A stretch of DNA of 64,000 bases from Cyanophora paradoxa CCMP329 (Eukaryota; Plantae; Glaucophyta). The stretch spans positions 186,001 through 250,000 of the forward strand of contig QPMI01000029.1 in NCBI GenBank assembly GCA_004431415.1, read 5' to 3'. Both the position numbers and the translations under genes were made by a program. Below are positions 1 to 13,240 of this stretch, one piece after another. Position 1 is the stretch's first letter. Every line of letters begins with the position of its first letter. The notes under the pieces are model-generated. The model had not been told where the DNA came from. It did no database searches and saw nothing but the letters and a program-made list of their open reading frames with translations.

Positions 1-35
1 TTAAGTATTCTTGTCAAATTTTGGTCTTTTCGATC

Positions 36-140
36 GGTGTCACAGGTGTCACAGGTGTACAGGTCTATCCCACCGATTTTCAAAATCATTTTTTATGTTG
101 ACTTTCCTGGGATGGACCTGTGACACCTGTGAACAACACC
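36..140. promoter_or_regulatory. Putative iteron origin of element B (GGTGTCACA / TGTGACACC arms around an AT-rich core)
   Basis: GGTGTCACA repeats face CCTGTGACACC repeats across a T/A-rich core, just downstream of the helicase stop. A second copy lies at 9443-9540. Origin function is inferred. Confidence 0.6.
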
Positions 141-192
141 ATTTCAGTAAGGCTATAAACATTACATATACAAATCAATCATTATCGTTTGT

Positions 193-2487
193 TTAATATT
201 CACATCCTTCCATTGTCTTCTTGAACCCTTGTTATCTTTCGAAGTCCAATGTAGCCCTTGCTCTGGTTCCAGAATTCGTTTAACCTCTGATTTAACATTG
301 AAGATTTCCCTTACTCTTTCATAACAGATACACATTCAACTTTATCATCTACACTTTGTATGATCTGTAAATGATATCATGGAAACAAAGTCGTTAGCAT
401 TATGTGTAACCTCGAAATTATCTCGAAGCCATTCACCAATCTTGTCATTTTCAGCTATAAGTTAATTCCCTGTTCAATAATCGATTGAGGGGGACTTCTT
501 AAGATCTCTTCAACCTCTTTGTTCTTCCACATATCCAGTAATATCTTCATGTGAGCCATCTTATACTCATCATCATTGTGAAGAAGTGTGAACAGAGTTG
601 GATCAGCTTTCTCTGACCAGCTTCAGGCTTCTCTCTGAAATATTGTGATCTCTGGTATGAAAGTCTTCTTTGAATTGCGAAGTCTGGTTTATTAATAGTC
701 AAATTGTCATTAGTTGTAATGTAGACCTGAAACATTGGGTAAGGATAACTGGATCTTTGAACAAGGCTCTCACAGTCATTTCATTTCCACCTGTGACCTC
801 CTTAATCTTGGAGATCTGCAGTTTATCACCATCTTCAGCCTCATTACTGAATACAAGTCGCTTTCAAGGAGTTTGGCAAGTTCAGGAGTAGCCTCTGATG
901 AGTTCTTTTTAGGCTTAGTCCAATAGGATATTTCGAGAGGGCTGTAATAACGACCAGATATCTGTTTGCAGTATTCCTGAACAAGTGATTTACCATTAGC
1001 ACCAGCACCAGTCCACATATAGAACTTCTGGGATTTAGTTGATCCACTAAGGGCAATTGCAATGGATGCCAGAAGATACTTTCGCTCTGCTGGATCATCC
1101 ACAATCTCTTTATAAATCTGATTTAGATGCTCTATTTTCTTGGGGTCTACATTTTCAGTATAGTCATAACCCACAGTCTTGCTCACCATATCTTCCAGTT
1201 TACCCTTTCTGAAAGTCATAGTGGTCAGATCAAATACACCATTTTCGAATCCAATCACATATGGAACAGTGTCAATCTTCTCAAAGAATTCATCATCATT
1301 CAGCAGTGGGACCAAGTCAGTCAGAAGGATTTGCGAAATCCTGATTGTTTAAGGTTTTGGCAATGGTCATCAATGTTTTGGATCTTTCTTCGAAAGTTGC
1401 TTTGTTTCCTCATCCTTTAAAGCTCTTTGACTATAATGCACAGCCCTTCCAAGGTATTGGGGGCAACAAGACGGCTTATATCTAGGTAAATCTTTAGGTT
1501 TGTGTCATCATGCTCCAAATCCCAGATCAGTATTGAGTTTGAACCATGACTTTTTGGAGTATCTCCATGTATGTTTAAGAACCTCTTTCATACTAAACTC
1601 ACATTCATAATGAGCGCCACCAGAACCAGCGGATTTATCTATAAGATTGAAGATATCAGATTGCATTCCAATGCAGATGAATCGTTTTTTGCAATTTCCA
1701 CTGTAGCTTGACACAATGTATTTGTTATCATCTCTTTAGCTTTCATAACATACCAGTTATTCGATTCATGTGAACCATTGCAGCATGGGCAATTGAGTCC
1801 CTTGTTAGCAGCATCAAAGTTAAAGCCAAGTTCAGTTTTAGAGATTATATTGGGATGCATAAATCCATACCACCAGCTCTTTGATAATATTGTTTTCCAG
1901 TTCATCATGTGAGGTAGCATTAGCAGTATACTCACTCTTATAGATGTAGTTATCTATTATCCACTTTTGAAGTCATCAGTAGGCTCATTGAAATCACAGG
2001 TATCATCCCATGGGGAGATCACCAAGCCTTGTTCACACTGGGACACACATTGATCATCCAGAAGTTCCAGTTCCAGTGATTGTTTTCAGGTCAACCTTCT
2101 CAAAGCCTTTAAAGCCTGGAGCCTTATCGGTAATTTTGAGTTTATTGAACTCCTCAGGTCGTTTAAAGTAGACATGATAGCCTTTTTAGTTTTGCCATGG
2201 GCTGATTGCATCAAAAGTCATCAGGAAACATATCCCGAATTTCTCAAAGTCTCTCATCATCAAAGTCAATAACCATCATGTTGTCTGAGAGCAGAATGCC
2301 CCAAGATACATACTGATTAGTTGCCAGCGCTTCCTCATACTTTTCCCAGGACCAGCACCTCCTTATGCTTGAAAACAGGGTCTTTGCTGTCAGGTTTCAC
2401 TGGGATAATCATGTTTTTGGACAGTTCCTCATCAGATCTGAGCCAGTTAGCGAGCGATTTGAGCGATTAAGTCTGTTTGGCGTTCAT
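193..2487 (-). CDS. AEP Prim-Pol / Zn-finger / D5-like SF3 helicase (frameshifted in this assembly)
   Basis: Fragments read MVIDFDD and KKGYHVYFKRP (Prim-Pol motifs), CPCCNGSH, IGFENGVFDL (D5_N), WTGAGANGKS (Walker A) and TTNDNL...AIQRRL (SF3 motif C). Confidence 0.8.
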
Positions 2488-2980
2488 TTTCAGCGATCGG
2501 GGTCCTTTTATATATATAGAAGATTTTTCTTTAAGTAGTTTTGGGTCCCCCAATCATTTTTTGTTGGAAATCGAGAAAGTATTCCTACGAAATATTCCAC
2601 ACGATTATCGAGTGGTTTAGATACAAAAAGATGAATGGGTATTTCAGCGAATAAACAGCATATCCCCAGCCTAGTTATATGCTGGAAAAATAATTTAGAC
2701 ATGTTTCATTTTCTCCCTCTATTTGAGTAAGGACATCATACAAATACTTGACAAAGCAGACTGCATTGGCTGCATACTTTCGCTGACATGAACTTGCATT
2801 TTCATTGCTCTGTAGGTATCATCGGTTTGATATAGATCTCTTAGCTGTGTGGCTATTTTTTCGTTAAACTTTTTGATTTGAGCCTTACCTTTTTCAGTTT
2901 GCTGTATCTTTCATAGCTCTCTTCTGGCTTCACTGAGTGGCATTTTTCCTCTGTCTCTCTTAATATATATAGAGAATTCT

Positions 2981-3808
2981 TTAAATCATTTTTTGTTCTC
3001 TAACCTCTTTGTCCAAATGCTCAATATACATAAGTTTGAAATGCTTACCTAGCAATGCTACAAATGGTTCGATTTCCAAGGTCTCCATGTTTCTTGTCCT
3101 TATTCCATCTGCAATCTAATCCTTTTGCGATATCTTTTTTAAGATAAGGCACCTGAAACCCAGCAACCAATGTATTTGTTGTACTGAGTTCTGCATACAT
3201 TTCAATCAATGCAGATCTGCCCTCTCTGAACCTCTCTATATCATCTCTGCGAAGATTATCCATTTTCGGAATAAATTGGTTGCACCAAATCAGGAAAAGA
3301 TTAACTGCATGTTTATTCCTTGCTCTTTCTTGTTCTAATTCTCTCTCTCTTCGCTCTCTTTCTTCTAATTCAAGCTGCCTCTTTCGAGCTTCCTCTTGTT
3401 TTTCAAGTTCTCTTTTTCTTTCCAGTTCTTCTTGCTTTAAAGCGATTCTGCACTTATTACAGAAATTATCCTTTCGGTTTTTATGCGATCTCCACATCTT
3501 TCACATATATCTTGACCTCTGGCACCCTTCGGAATAAATCGTAAAATGCAGCAATTCCCAACAATGACCACAATCTTTTTATTAACATGCAGAATATAGC
3601 ATTGCTCTTTAATTGGATGATCACAGGCGCAATGCTCAGACTCTGGAGGCAGGTCATAGTCACTTAATCCATATTTTGCAAGCTTTGCCCAAAGAGGGAG
3701 CGGTTTCTGTTACTTCCAAGAGCAACATAATCATTGAAGTTATCAGATCCACAAAGCAACATTAAAGCGCTTTGAGCTTTTCCAGCAATACGATTTCTTC
3801 TCTGCCAT
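2981..3808 (-). CDS. Hypothetical protein with Cys motifs, coiled coil and C-terminal DUF5710-like motif (frameshifted)
   Basis: ORF fragments 3045-3497 and 3481-3663. VPYLKKDIAKGLDCRWNKDKK resembles the DUF5710 consensus. Ends are approximate. Confidence 0.5.
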
Positions 3809-3913
3809 TGTCCTTTTATATATAGAAGATATTTCTTTAAGTAGTTTCATCAAATTTTGTGTTCAGAATTCCCCATTTAAACCTCCCCTTTTAGTAGGAA
3901 CAAGTTAGGAACA

Positions 3914-6900
3914 ATGCCCGAATTAGCAACAGACTCATTAGAGAGAAGAAATGGGAACTTATGGGATTACTGGGAACACTGTATGCAGCCCATGAAATCA
4001 CAGAGGCTGAATATGACCGGGAAATCGGATTTATTTCAAGGGCAGACCCACTTTAGCAAAATTAACCAGAAAAGCCAATAACCTCTATGACAAAGTTGAG
4101 ACTCTTGATGAACTCGATCGCCTGAGGCAAATAGAACCAGAGCAGAAGATGGCACAGCCATGAATGAATTATATCGCTGGCTCACATACAGAGCCAGAAG
4201 GAAGTTGTTGTTGATGTGATTGAATATTTAGATAGAATTGCAACCTCTCTACCAAAACGTTTAAGGATAGTCTAGATCAATTCAGGGCAATCAAGGTTCG
4301 CTTATCGTTTATCTGCAGTTCGTAAAAGTCAGCAATCCACAGGTTTGGATATCGAAATACATTTACAGCGATTATTTTGTATTAACCAAATCGAGAAATA
4401 TTCGAACTGAGCTGAATAAAGCAGCCCAAATGTGTCAGGAACAGATGAATGTTGTTGATAGCTATCGATTGGAGAGAATCGAAATGCTAAGAGTTGCTAT
4501 TATGAGTTATGCCCCAACTGGTGGCTGCTATGTTAAAACACCAGAATCAATTGCAGCCAAGAGAGCCACAGTGAATATTCGAAATATTGATGATTCTTGC
4601 TTTGAAAATGCCATTTTGGCATGGATCCATAGGAAAGATGTAAATTCCCACAAGAAAGTGAGCTTACACAATATCGCAAATGGAAATACTCACCAACCAC
4701 ATACAATCCTTTGGCTCTCAATTTCGACAATATCCCATTCCCTGTTCCTTGTGATGCTGAAATCATTGATAAATTCGAATCTCAAAATGCAGGCATCAGC
4801 ATAAACATATTTGGAATGGATGGAGATGTTATATATCCCCACATCAATCCAGCAACCCAGGCAGAAAGCAAAAGATTAATCTAATGCTCATTCATGATGA
4901 TGAAGGGAATGGTCACTATATTACAATCATGTCCCTTTCAAGACTTCTCAGAGTTGCCTTGATAAAACCAAGGATCAAAAGTTACACTACTGTGATACAT
5001 GCTTGTCTCGATTCAGGTCTGAGGCTAAGCTAACTGCTCATGTGGATTCAAACAGATGCATTGATTGGAGACTCTCAAAGGGAATCACACCTAAACCTGA
5101 AACCACCATAGAGTTTGGACTGAAAAACCTTAGGAAACTGTCTGGCTTCCTGTTGTGGTTTACTGCAAGATTGAACATAGAAGCATCCCCATTGATGCAT
5201 CGAAATCTAAGAGGGAAGTTTCAGCAGTCAACCTTAGAATAGTCACTGGGGCAGATGTTCAAGATTTTCGATTTGAGGGGCATGATCCAATGGAGGTCTG
5301 TTTGAATGCTTGGAATCCAAAGCAAGAGAGCTAATCGATTTCCTGTTCACCAATATTCCATGAATGAACTCACAGATGAGCAAAAGGCTTTTACAGGCTA
5401 CAAACACTGTTACCTTTGCAGTGAGAGGTTCACAAGGAAAACTTCAAATGCAGGGATCATGATCACCACACAGGTAATTACATTGCACCTGCATGCAGAA
5501 ACTGTAATCTCATAGGAGAATCTCAAAGCAAACAAAGTAGCAGTGTTGTTGACCAAATGGATGATGTGGGACATTCATTTTCAGAAAAATAGCAGGCATG
5601 GGTGATAAAAAGCGAATCGAAATCCTTTCGAAAACTTTGATCAATACCTTTCATTGCAATGGGGTCTTTACAAGTTCATTGATGCAAGTAATTTATGGAC
5701 TTTGGGGCTGCTGATGTAGATGAGTTAATGAGCAAATTCCAGCTTTCAGAAGGCTTTCACACTCAGTATATGGATTGACCCAGTTCATTATGTATCTGCA
5801 CCTGGGTTATCTTGGGATGCTATGTTAGGACCACCAAGGCAAAAATAGAGCTTATAAGTGATGTAGAGCAATACGAATTTGTTGAGAGGGGAATCAGGGT
5901 GGCTTTGCAACAATGCCTGTAGGTATGCTGAGGCTGATGGTGAAACTCCACATTATGCTGTTTGATGCTAACAACTTGTATGGCTACTGTTTGAGTCAGC
6001 CAATCCAGTTGGTGATTTTAGATGGGAGACCGAATTCAACCCACAAGATAACAGATCCAGTTTCCTGGAAGTTGATCTGGATTACCCAATTAGGCTATAT
6101 CTAGACCACAGTGATTTCCCCTAATTATTAACAAGAAAATAGTAGAATATGCGAATTATCACAATATCAAAAGAGCCTATTAGATCTCTCAGGAAAGAGC
6201 TTGATAAGACCCTAAGCTAACTGCAACCTTTGTTCTGTGACCAACTATGTGATTTCTGAGCTCTTCTACAGTATCTGTTGGACAAAGGGTGAAACTAAAG
6301 AAGGTTCACAGGTCCTATCATTTACTGTGGCTCCTGTAATGAAACCCTACATTGAGCTGAATACTGAGATGAGAAGGAAAGCAGTGAATAAATTCGAGGC
6401 TGATTTCTATAAACTCATGAATAACTCAATCTATGGAAAATGCATTGAATCTGCAGAGGTAGATCTGTGGTTAAGATTGCAAACAGTGAGAAACTGTTTA
6501 TGAAATATGCAGCCTCTCCATTGTGAAATCAACAAGTCCCATAAACGAAAAAGCAGTGCTTTGAGTTTTACACAAAGCATGTGAAGCTAGATAAGCCAGT
6601 TGCTATTGGGCTTATGTTCTGGATGCAGCCAAACTGCATAACTACAAGTTCTTCTATGATACTGTAAGGTCCCAATGGACAAAAGCAAAGTTACTATTCC
6701 ATGATACTGACTCCTTCTGTCTATATATTGAATCTAAGACCTCAAAAGACTGGGAATATCTCTATGCATTGGACCTAGGGGGTTAACAGAATGACCCCAG
6801 GTAAATACAAAAATGAAATGCCAGGCTCTGCTATATTGAGTATGTGGGTCTGAGAGCTAAAGTTTACAGTTTCAGAACTGCTGAGATTGAGAGAAGTAAG

Positions 6901-7103
6901 CTCTCTGGGACTTCAACTGAGGAACTCCAATTTAATGATTTTAACAGTGTTTATTTGCAGTATCAGCAAGACTGTGACTGCAAAGCAGAAGAGAAGGCAG
7001 ATCACACAATAATAGATACTGTGAGTAGAAGGTTGCCCTAAACTGCTTTGATGCAAAGAGATACATCTTACCAGATGGTATTAATTCTGTTCCTTTTAAT
7101 TAA
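3914..7103 (+). CDS. Protein-primed family B DNA polymerase of element B (many frameshifts)
   Basis: Collinear with element A pPolB: SCFENAILAWIH, GHYITIMS, LFDANNLYG, YKLMNNSIYGKC, FHDTDSF, GLRAKVYSF. Confidence 0.92.
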
Positions 7104-7106
7104 GAG

Positions 7107-8460
7107 ATGCCAGCAACTGGAAGAATAGTTAGAAGAACCACTGAGCAACTGCAAGGTAACCTTGCCTATCACAATTCCAAAGGAGGAAAAAGGGAATCTC
7201 GAATTGTTAAAAAGTCAGAGATGAAAGCTTGTCCAGTAGAGATCCCAGTTGCTATTGCAGTGAAAGAAACCAGCAAGATTGCCAAGAGATTCTATGATGT
7301 GAAACTGGTTACAAAGGGCTTCAAGCTATGAGGCTGAGTTACCTGATGAATCCTATAAGCATTGCAAGAGTTCTATAAAAAACAAGAAGTTGTTCAGATC
7401 AATGCACCTGCTATATCTAGAAGAGAGATCCCATGTCCCAATAGGCAACCCTTGATACCTATGTGATGATTTACTCTTTTCCCAGCTTATAAGAAACAAA
7501 CAATGGTATGATACTTTATGACTGCAATGGAATCCACACTAAGAACTGGGTATATTATACCTATAAGGGATAAATCAGCTCTCACTACATTGGCTGCATT
7601 TAACAGCTTGAGATGAGATGGCAAGACCCATAGTAAAAGTTCAATCAGATGCTGAAGTGAATTCCAAAATCGAATATTCCAGGAGTATTTATCTAGTAAA
7701 TACATAGAACACCAAGTGAGTGGAACTGCAGACCACAGAAGCCAAGGTCGAATTGAAGCCTTTAACAAGCAGATTAAGAGACTGATACAAAACTACTGCA
7801 TAGCTAATACACAGCTAGATTCTTTGATGTGTTAGGTGATATTGAGTATAATTACAATAATACAGTCCACTCAGCTACTAAGATGAAGCAGGCGAAACTA
7901 CAGAGGAGCATTATAGGTATATAGTGGGATTAGAGATAAAGATTCAAGAAATCAATAGCTTATCTTGATACCATGCAGCCTGGCATGTTGTTAGAGTGAA
8001 AGTTGAGAAAAATCCCTTTGCTAAAACAGGTAACAATTGGTTAGGATGGTTTACACTGTTGATAGTAGGGAAGCTTTAAGTTTAAGCTAAGGAGTCCCAC
8101 TGGTGAAGATCATAGAAACAGGTTTGCTTTCCATGAGCTGTTGCCTGTGAATGCAGTTGAATATCTAGAAACCCCTACAGTGGATGCCTTAGAGCAAGCC
8201 AAGAGGAAGCAGGGTTGATGCTGCTATAAGGAGAGAAGGCATAGAAGCTGCTAATGAAGTCCCAGATAAGCCTTTGATAGAGGCTAGAAAGGAGAAGGCT
8301 GGCAAAGTTAATAGGGAACTCAAAAAGCTCACTATAGCAGGAACACAGAAACTTTCAGAAGTGAAATAGCCAGAGATGGTATAATGACTTTCAGACTACT
8401 AAGAGTCATATACAGCCCTAAACTCAAAGAACACTAAGAGAAAGGACCAAAACTAGCTAG
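7107..8460 (+). CDS. rve (DDE) integrase of element B (frameshifted)
   Basis: Collinear with 32825-34225: SKIAKRFYD, FMTAMESTLRTGYIIP, HRSQGRIEAFNKQIKRLI, YNYNNTVHSAT. Confidence 0.9.
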
Positions 8461-8933
8461 TTTGCTAGCGAAAACTCGTTTTTTCAAATATATGTATGAC
8501 TGATATACATATATGCAATGCTATACACATAGTCTTGTAGATCTTTCAAGCGCTTCACAGCGATATGCAGAACGTTGCGATTTGATATCTGGTGATGAGA
8601 TACAAGCGTTTGAAGATGCCGATTATCGATTTTTCGAGATTTCGGAATGATGCATCATAATGATGTAATAATGATGTATCATAAACATATAACATTATAT
8701 ATCGCCGTGATCGTCATGATCTCCCGAGTTCGATGGTGTGTCATATATATCATATACATTTGCATCGTCATTATGACATCATTTCGTAAAATTACACGTC
8801 GTCATCGTCTTTTCCGCAGCGAACAGATAAGTGAACAGTTAAGGAGACAACTATTGTAATAGTGGACTGCAACAACAATTGAAAACAAGATCTGTGGAAG
8901 CTATTGAAAGACAATGAAGCAAACTGTGAACAA

Positions 8934-9021
8934 TTAAGTGAACAGTTAAGTGGACACCTGTTGGAGTAGGCAGTGTCTACTCGTTTATCGTGAAACGGTG
9001 TCCACTTAACTGTTCATTTAA
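8934..9021. repeat. 25-bp inverted repeat (1 mismatch) in the terminal non-coding region of B
   Basis: TTAAGTGAACAGTTAAGTGGACACC (8934-8958) pairs with GGTGTCCACTTAACTGTTCATTTAA (8997-9021). Confidence 0.85.
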
Positions 9022-9442
9022 CTGTTGACGAAAACCATGCATTATGACATCATATCATTAAACCCATACAAAACACTAAAAGCATGTATCTCTTCACCAA
9101 CTCATCATCTTACAAGATAAAAACAGATTCGGATCTCTTAACGAGACCAGCGTGACTATGTAAGTATCATAGGCTCAATAATTCATATGTTAATAAGCAT
9201 CTCCCTCATTCCCCTATTATTATATTTATTTAAGTGGACTCATGGTTGACTCATATTAATCGTAAGTAGTAATAGTATATGATTTTGTTACGAATTCAAT
9301 GCAAGGGTTGACTAAGTGGGTTGAGTTGACTCAAATTTCACAGAATAACAATGAATCTATATTACAATGCATTTTTTGAATCAACTACACAACTAACACT
9401 GAGATTTTCACAATATATTGAGGTCCTTACTGAATATGGTTT

Positions 9443-9540
9443 GTGTCACAGTGTCAAGGTCTATCCCGTGATTTTAAAAATCAATTTCTCACTAGGACTT
9501 TCCTGGGATTGACTGTGACACTGTGACACCTGTGACACCA
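9443..9540. promoter_or_regulatory. Terminal copy of the element B iteron block
   Basis: TGTCACAGTGTCAAGGTCTATCCC...GACTTTCCTGGGA...TGTGACACTGTGACACCTGTGACACC, a direct homolog of 36-140. Confidence 0.6.
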
Positions 9541-9767
9541 ATTTTCTAAGGGTCCCCTTAGATCATAAACATGATAAAAACATATCAATTTCATGTATAA
9601 TTACGATGAATTCAATAAGAGATCGATTTGTTTTATTAACAATGAATCATTTATGGATCTTAATCGAGTTTAGCGATATATTTCCGATTAATGAATTAAA
9701 TTTAATTAAATTAATCGAGAAATACATGAATATAATATCGATTAAATCAATTAACTTTAGACCAATC

Positions 9768-10039
9768 ACACATAGTAAAATGCGGAGTTTTAACCAGAGG
9801 CAAGATCTATTGAGATTCAGTTATATTATCGAAATATATACAGATTATCGATAGACTCAGTAAGACTAATCGGAAAAAAGAAAATTTACGATAAAATATC
9901 GAAAAGATACAAATAATCGAATAAATGAATATTCGATAAGATATACACAGATTATCGATTGATTGAAATAGAATATACGAGATATATCAACAAAATCAAT
10001 TAGATAAGCGAGGGTTAAAACTCGCATTTTACTATGTGT
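9768..10039. repeat. Terminal inverted repeat stem of element B (28/27 bp arms, about 217 bp spacer)
   Basis: ACACATAGTAAAATGCGGAGTTTTAACC (9768-9795) pairs with GGTTAAAACTCGCATTTTACTATGTGT (10013-10039, one C missing). Confidence 0.85.
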
Positions 10040-10293
10040 AGTGTTGACCTGCTATATACGTGGTTCATAATGCAACGTTTCAGCTTTCGACTTTCGAGCA
10101 TGAAAGGCGAGGGAAAAAGTGGTTTCGAGGGAAAACGTAAGGAGGTCGGTGAACAGTTCCGCTTCGAATTTAAATTTAAATATTGAGTCTGTTGAAATCA
10201 TTGAATTGCATTCACTCCTAGAGATCTCCTCCCTCTAGATCTCTCTCGCTGCACGGCGCGCATGCGCAGCTTCAGCTGCAGGCGCCCCCGAAT

Positions 10294-11917
10294 ATGGTGC
10301 GCCGTCTATCTGCATCACCGATGCGGACGCTGATGCCTGCATGCGAAAATCGATTTTCGCAGCCGGAACACGATCGAGGGCCAAGCGCCGCGGCTTCATG
10401 GCCCCAACGCCGCGGCGTCAGTGGCCCAACGCCGAAGCGGAAATGCGGGTCGAGGCAAAGCAGAAGGTGCGCGTCGTCGCCTCGAGCTTCTGCAATCGCA
10501 GATATCGATATCGATCGCGAGCGCTTTTTTGCAGCGAGTTCGCTCTCGCTGGAACGCTGCCGGACGACTTCTCTGGCAAGTGCTCGAGCACTCGGAGCAG
10601 CGGACGCCTTCGACTCGCTGCGGGCGCGCGCGAGCCGCCGCCTGCGGGACCTCGTCCGTGCCACGGCACTTGGAGCTCGCTTTCGCTGCGTGGCCCTACT
10701 TCCGCAAGCACCTGGGCAATTGCGGCACGAGGAGAAAAGAAGTGGCCGATCGTCAGCGCGGCGAATTCTGGAGCCTGGGCGGCGCGGGTGGAGAAGGCCT
10801 CGTGAAGTGCGCTCGAGCTCGCACGTGCGTCGGCGCGAAAAGCTTCGGCGTTCCATGCCATGACTTCATGAGGCGCGGTCCTTTCAGGTGGACACGACGA
10901 TCGATGGGAAGACGTGGACCGGACCTCTACGGAGACGACTTATACATTGACATGAGGAGAAGTACGGACGGATCTGACGTGATGTGCGACGTCGACTCGC
11001 CACACCCGAACAAGTACAACAATTACGGCAGCTCCGAGTTCTGGGGCCGGCTGTCCCTTCCTCCGCTTCTTCGCACATGGGCCCGAGCTGCGAGCATCTC
11101 CATCACCACGGCGGCGTTGCGCCCATTGATTACGACTGTCTGCGCGAATTTTTGAATCGATCGCGATTTCGTTAAGCCTGTTCGTGAATCAGATCTCGCC
11201 TCCGTACGGTCTCTCTCGGTCCTGAATGCAGCTGGGGCCGACTACGACTACAGGATGCTCTGGAGGCGAGGAAAAGGCAAGCTGCGAGCTCCTTAAAATT
11301 AGCCTTTCTTGACGAAAACGGTACCGGTGCAGGCTCTGATGGGCAGGCTACGCTGTACGTGGCCGCGCTCCTGGCGCAGCTCGCGCCTCTCGGCTCCACC
11401 CTTCAGAGCTTCTCGATCCGCCTCTGCGGGAGCCGCCTCGCGCCGGTGCGGATGCGCATGCGATACCGTAGAAGTTCTCGAGACCTTTCGCTGTTTTCCC
11501 TGGCTGAGCTGGGCGGGGCGCGACGCATGCAGTCAAAAGCTATCCCATTCGAGGGAGTTCGTGTGCTTTGTTCGCAAAATTGCGCACTCGAGCTCGTTGT
11601 CACATTTCGCGCAGTCTAGTCCTGCAGGGTCACTGGCGCGAGCTGAAGCCGCCCTCGCCCTTTCTCCGCCCTCCGCGCCTCCACATCTACGCCGTACACC
11701 TCTCGAAGCCGAGGAGCTGCGCACCGTCGGCGCCGCGCTGCGGCCCTCCGGAGCTCGGCACCTGTGCAAAGGACGAGAAGAGGGCGCAGTCGACCCCGCG
11801 GCGCGCCTCTCCCCCTTCAGGAGCTCATCCCGAGCTTGAACGGTGCCTGAGCTTTTCGAATTACGACTAGATTATCATCTCCATCAGCGAGATCAAAGAA
11901 TACGGGACATATACTAG
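10294..11917 (+). CDS. F-box/LRR-like host gene, copy 1 (frameshifted here)
   Basis: Duplicate of 58476-60167. Confidence 0.55.
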
Positions 11918-13240
11918 CTCGCGCCCAGTGATATCGATACGCCCCGGCCCCTTAGTTTTACAGACTGTGACCCCGTCGACGTCGTGTCGCGATCATGAGC
12001 GCTGCACGGCCTCCAATTGCCAAATTACAATTGCAAGCTGCCTCGTGCATTCGCCCCCTGTGGCGAGCCGCCCTAGGCTTTCGCCGCGCTTTGCGCCTCC
12101 CTAGCTATATATAGGCCTCGCCTGCCCTTCTCCGGATCCCTCCTCCCGTTTCCCCCATTAATCACAGCAAGTCGTTAATTCTTGTCCCCTCTCTCGCATA
12201 TGATTGCGGGCGGGCGGCCGCGGGCGGGTGGGGGGCGGGGCGGGTAATGTATGGCGGGCGGGCGGGCGGGCGGGGGCGGGGCCGAGGCCGGCGGCCGCGG
12301 CCGCGGCCCCCGACTAATTCGATCTAACTGAGTCGTCGACCTAATTGCAATTAGATCGCAATCAGGTCCTTGCAATTGGATCGCAATTAGGTCCTTATGC
12401 CCATTTTATTGTCGGAATTAGTCGGGGCGATCCAATATTTAAGTCTCAGTTAGGTCGTAATTAGATCAGTTGACGTTCGGACCCCTTTACTAGTGATCAT
12501 GAGAAGGAGCCGTCGGGGCGGGGAGCAGCGCCGAGACGGTTTCCGCGTCCTGCTTCGAATTCTATGTCAAATTTTGTCAATTTGTCAAATGCGCCCAGCA
12601 GCAGCGTAGAACAATTAGAACCTTTCCTTGGCCCGCAACCCTGCGGCCAGCTTTCAGAGGAGTCCGCTCTTTCTCTCTTTTATTTTCTTTCCACGGACCG
12701 CTGCCTTTCTTTCACTTTCTTAGCAAACGTCTCATACCTTTTTTCGGCCTGGCCCTAGCCCGGTGCACCAGATGTTTAGCACAGTCGGCTGCTAGCGGGC
12801 TGCGCCCCCTCCTTGAACAACTACAGCTAGTTCTCTTGTATGGCCCAGCCCCACTGCTTTCACGAAGGCTTTTTTGAGATTTTTGCCTTCGGCCCTGCAA
12901 CTTAGACTAGAGATTAGATAGGCCTAAGCCTGGATGTGGGGGAGGGGGGGGGGGGAGGGCGGGGAGGGGGGCGCGGGGCTAGGAAGAGGTGCCCGCATAG
13001 GTAAGGACGCGCCCGCTCAGGACCCCTCGGCGGCGACGGAGCGGGAGAGGTAAAAACAAATTTAAATCACAGGCATTCACGTTCAGCTACAGACTGCAAG
13101 CGCATGCGCAGCTGCACTGTCTCCTGCACAGTGCCTGCACTGCGGCAGCTACAAATTTCCTACAATTACTACTAGTATATATATAGGCTACTTGGCTTAG
13201 TAGGCTGCACATATCGTTGCAGGATTACTACGTATACGTA

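Larger units (their letters stand above)
1..10039. mobile_element. Element B: right part of an integrated Polinton-like/Maverick virus (left part outside window)
   Basis: AT-rich block with pPolB and rve integrase visibly homologous to element A. It ends at ...ACTATGTGT (10039), where the sequence switches to host DNA that matches 58210 onward. Confidence 0.9.
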
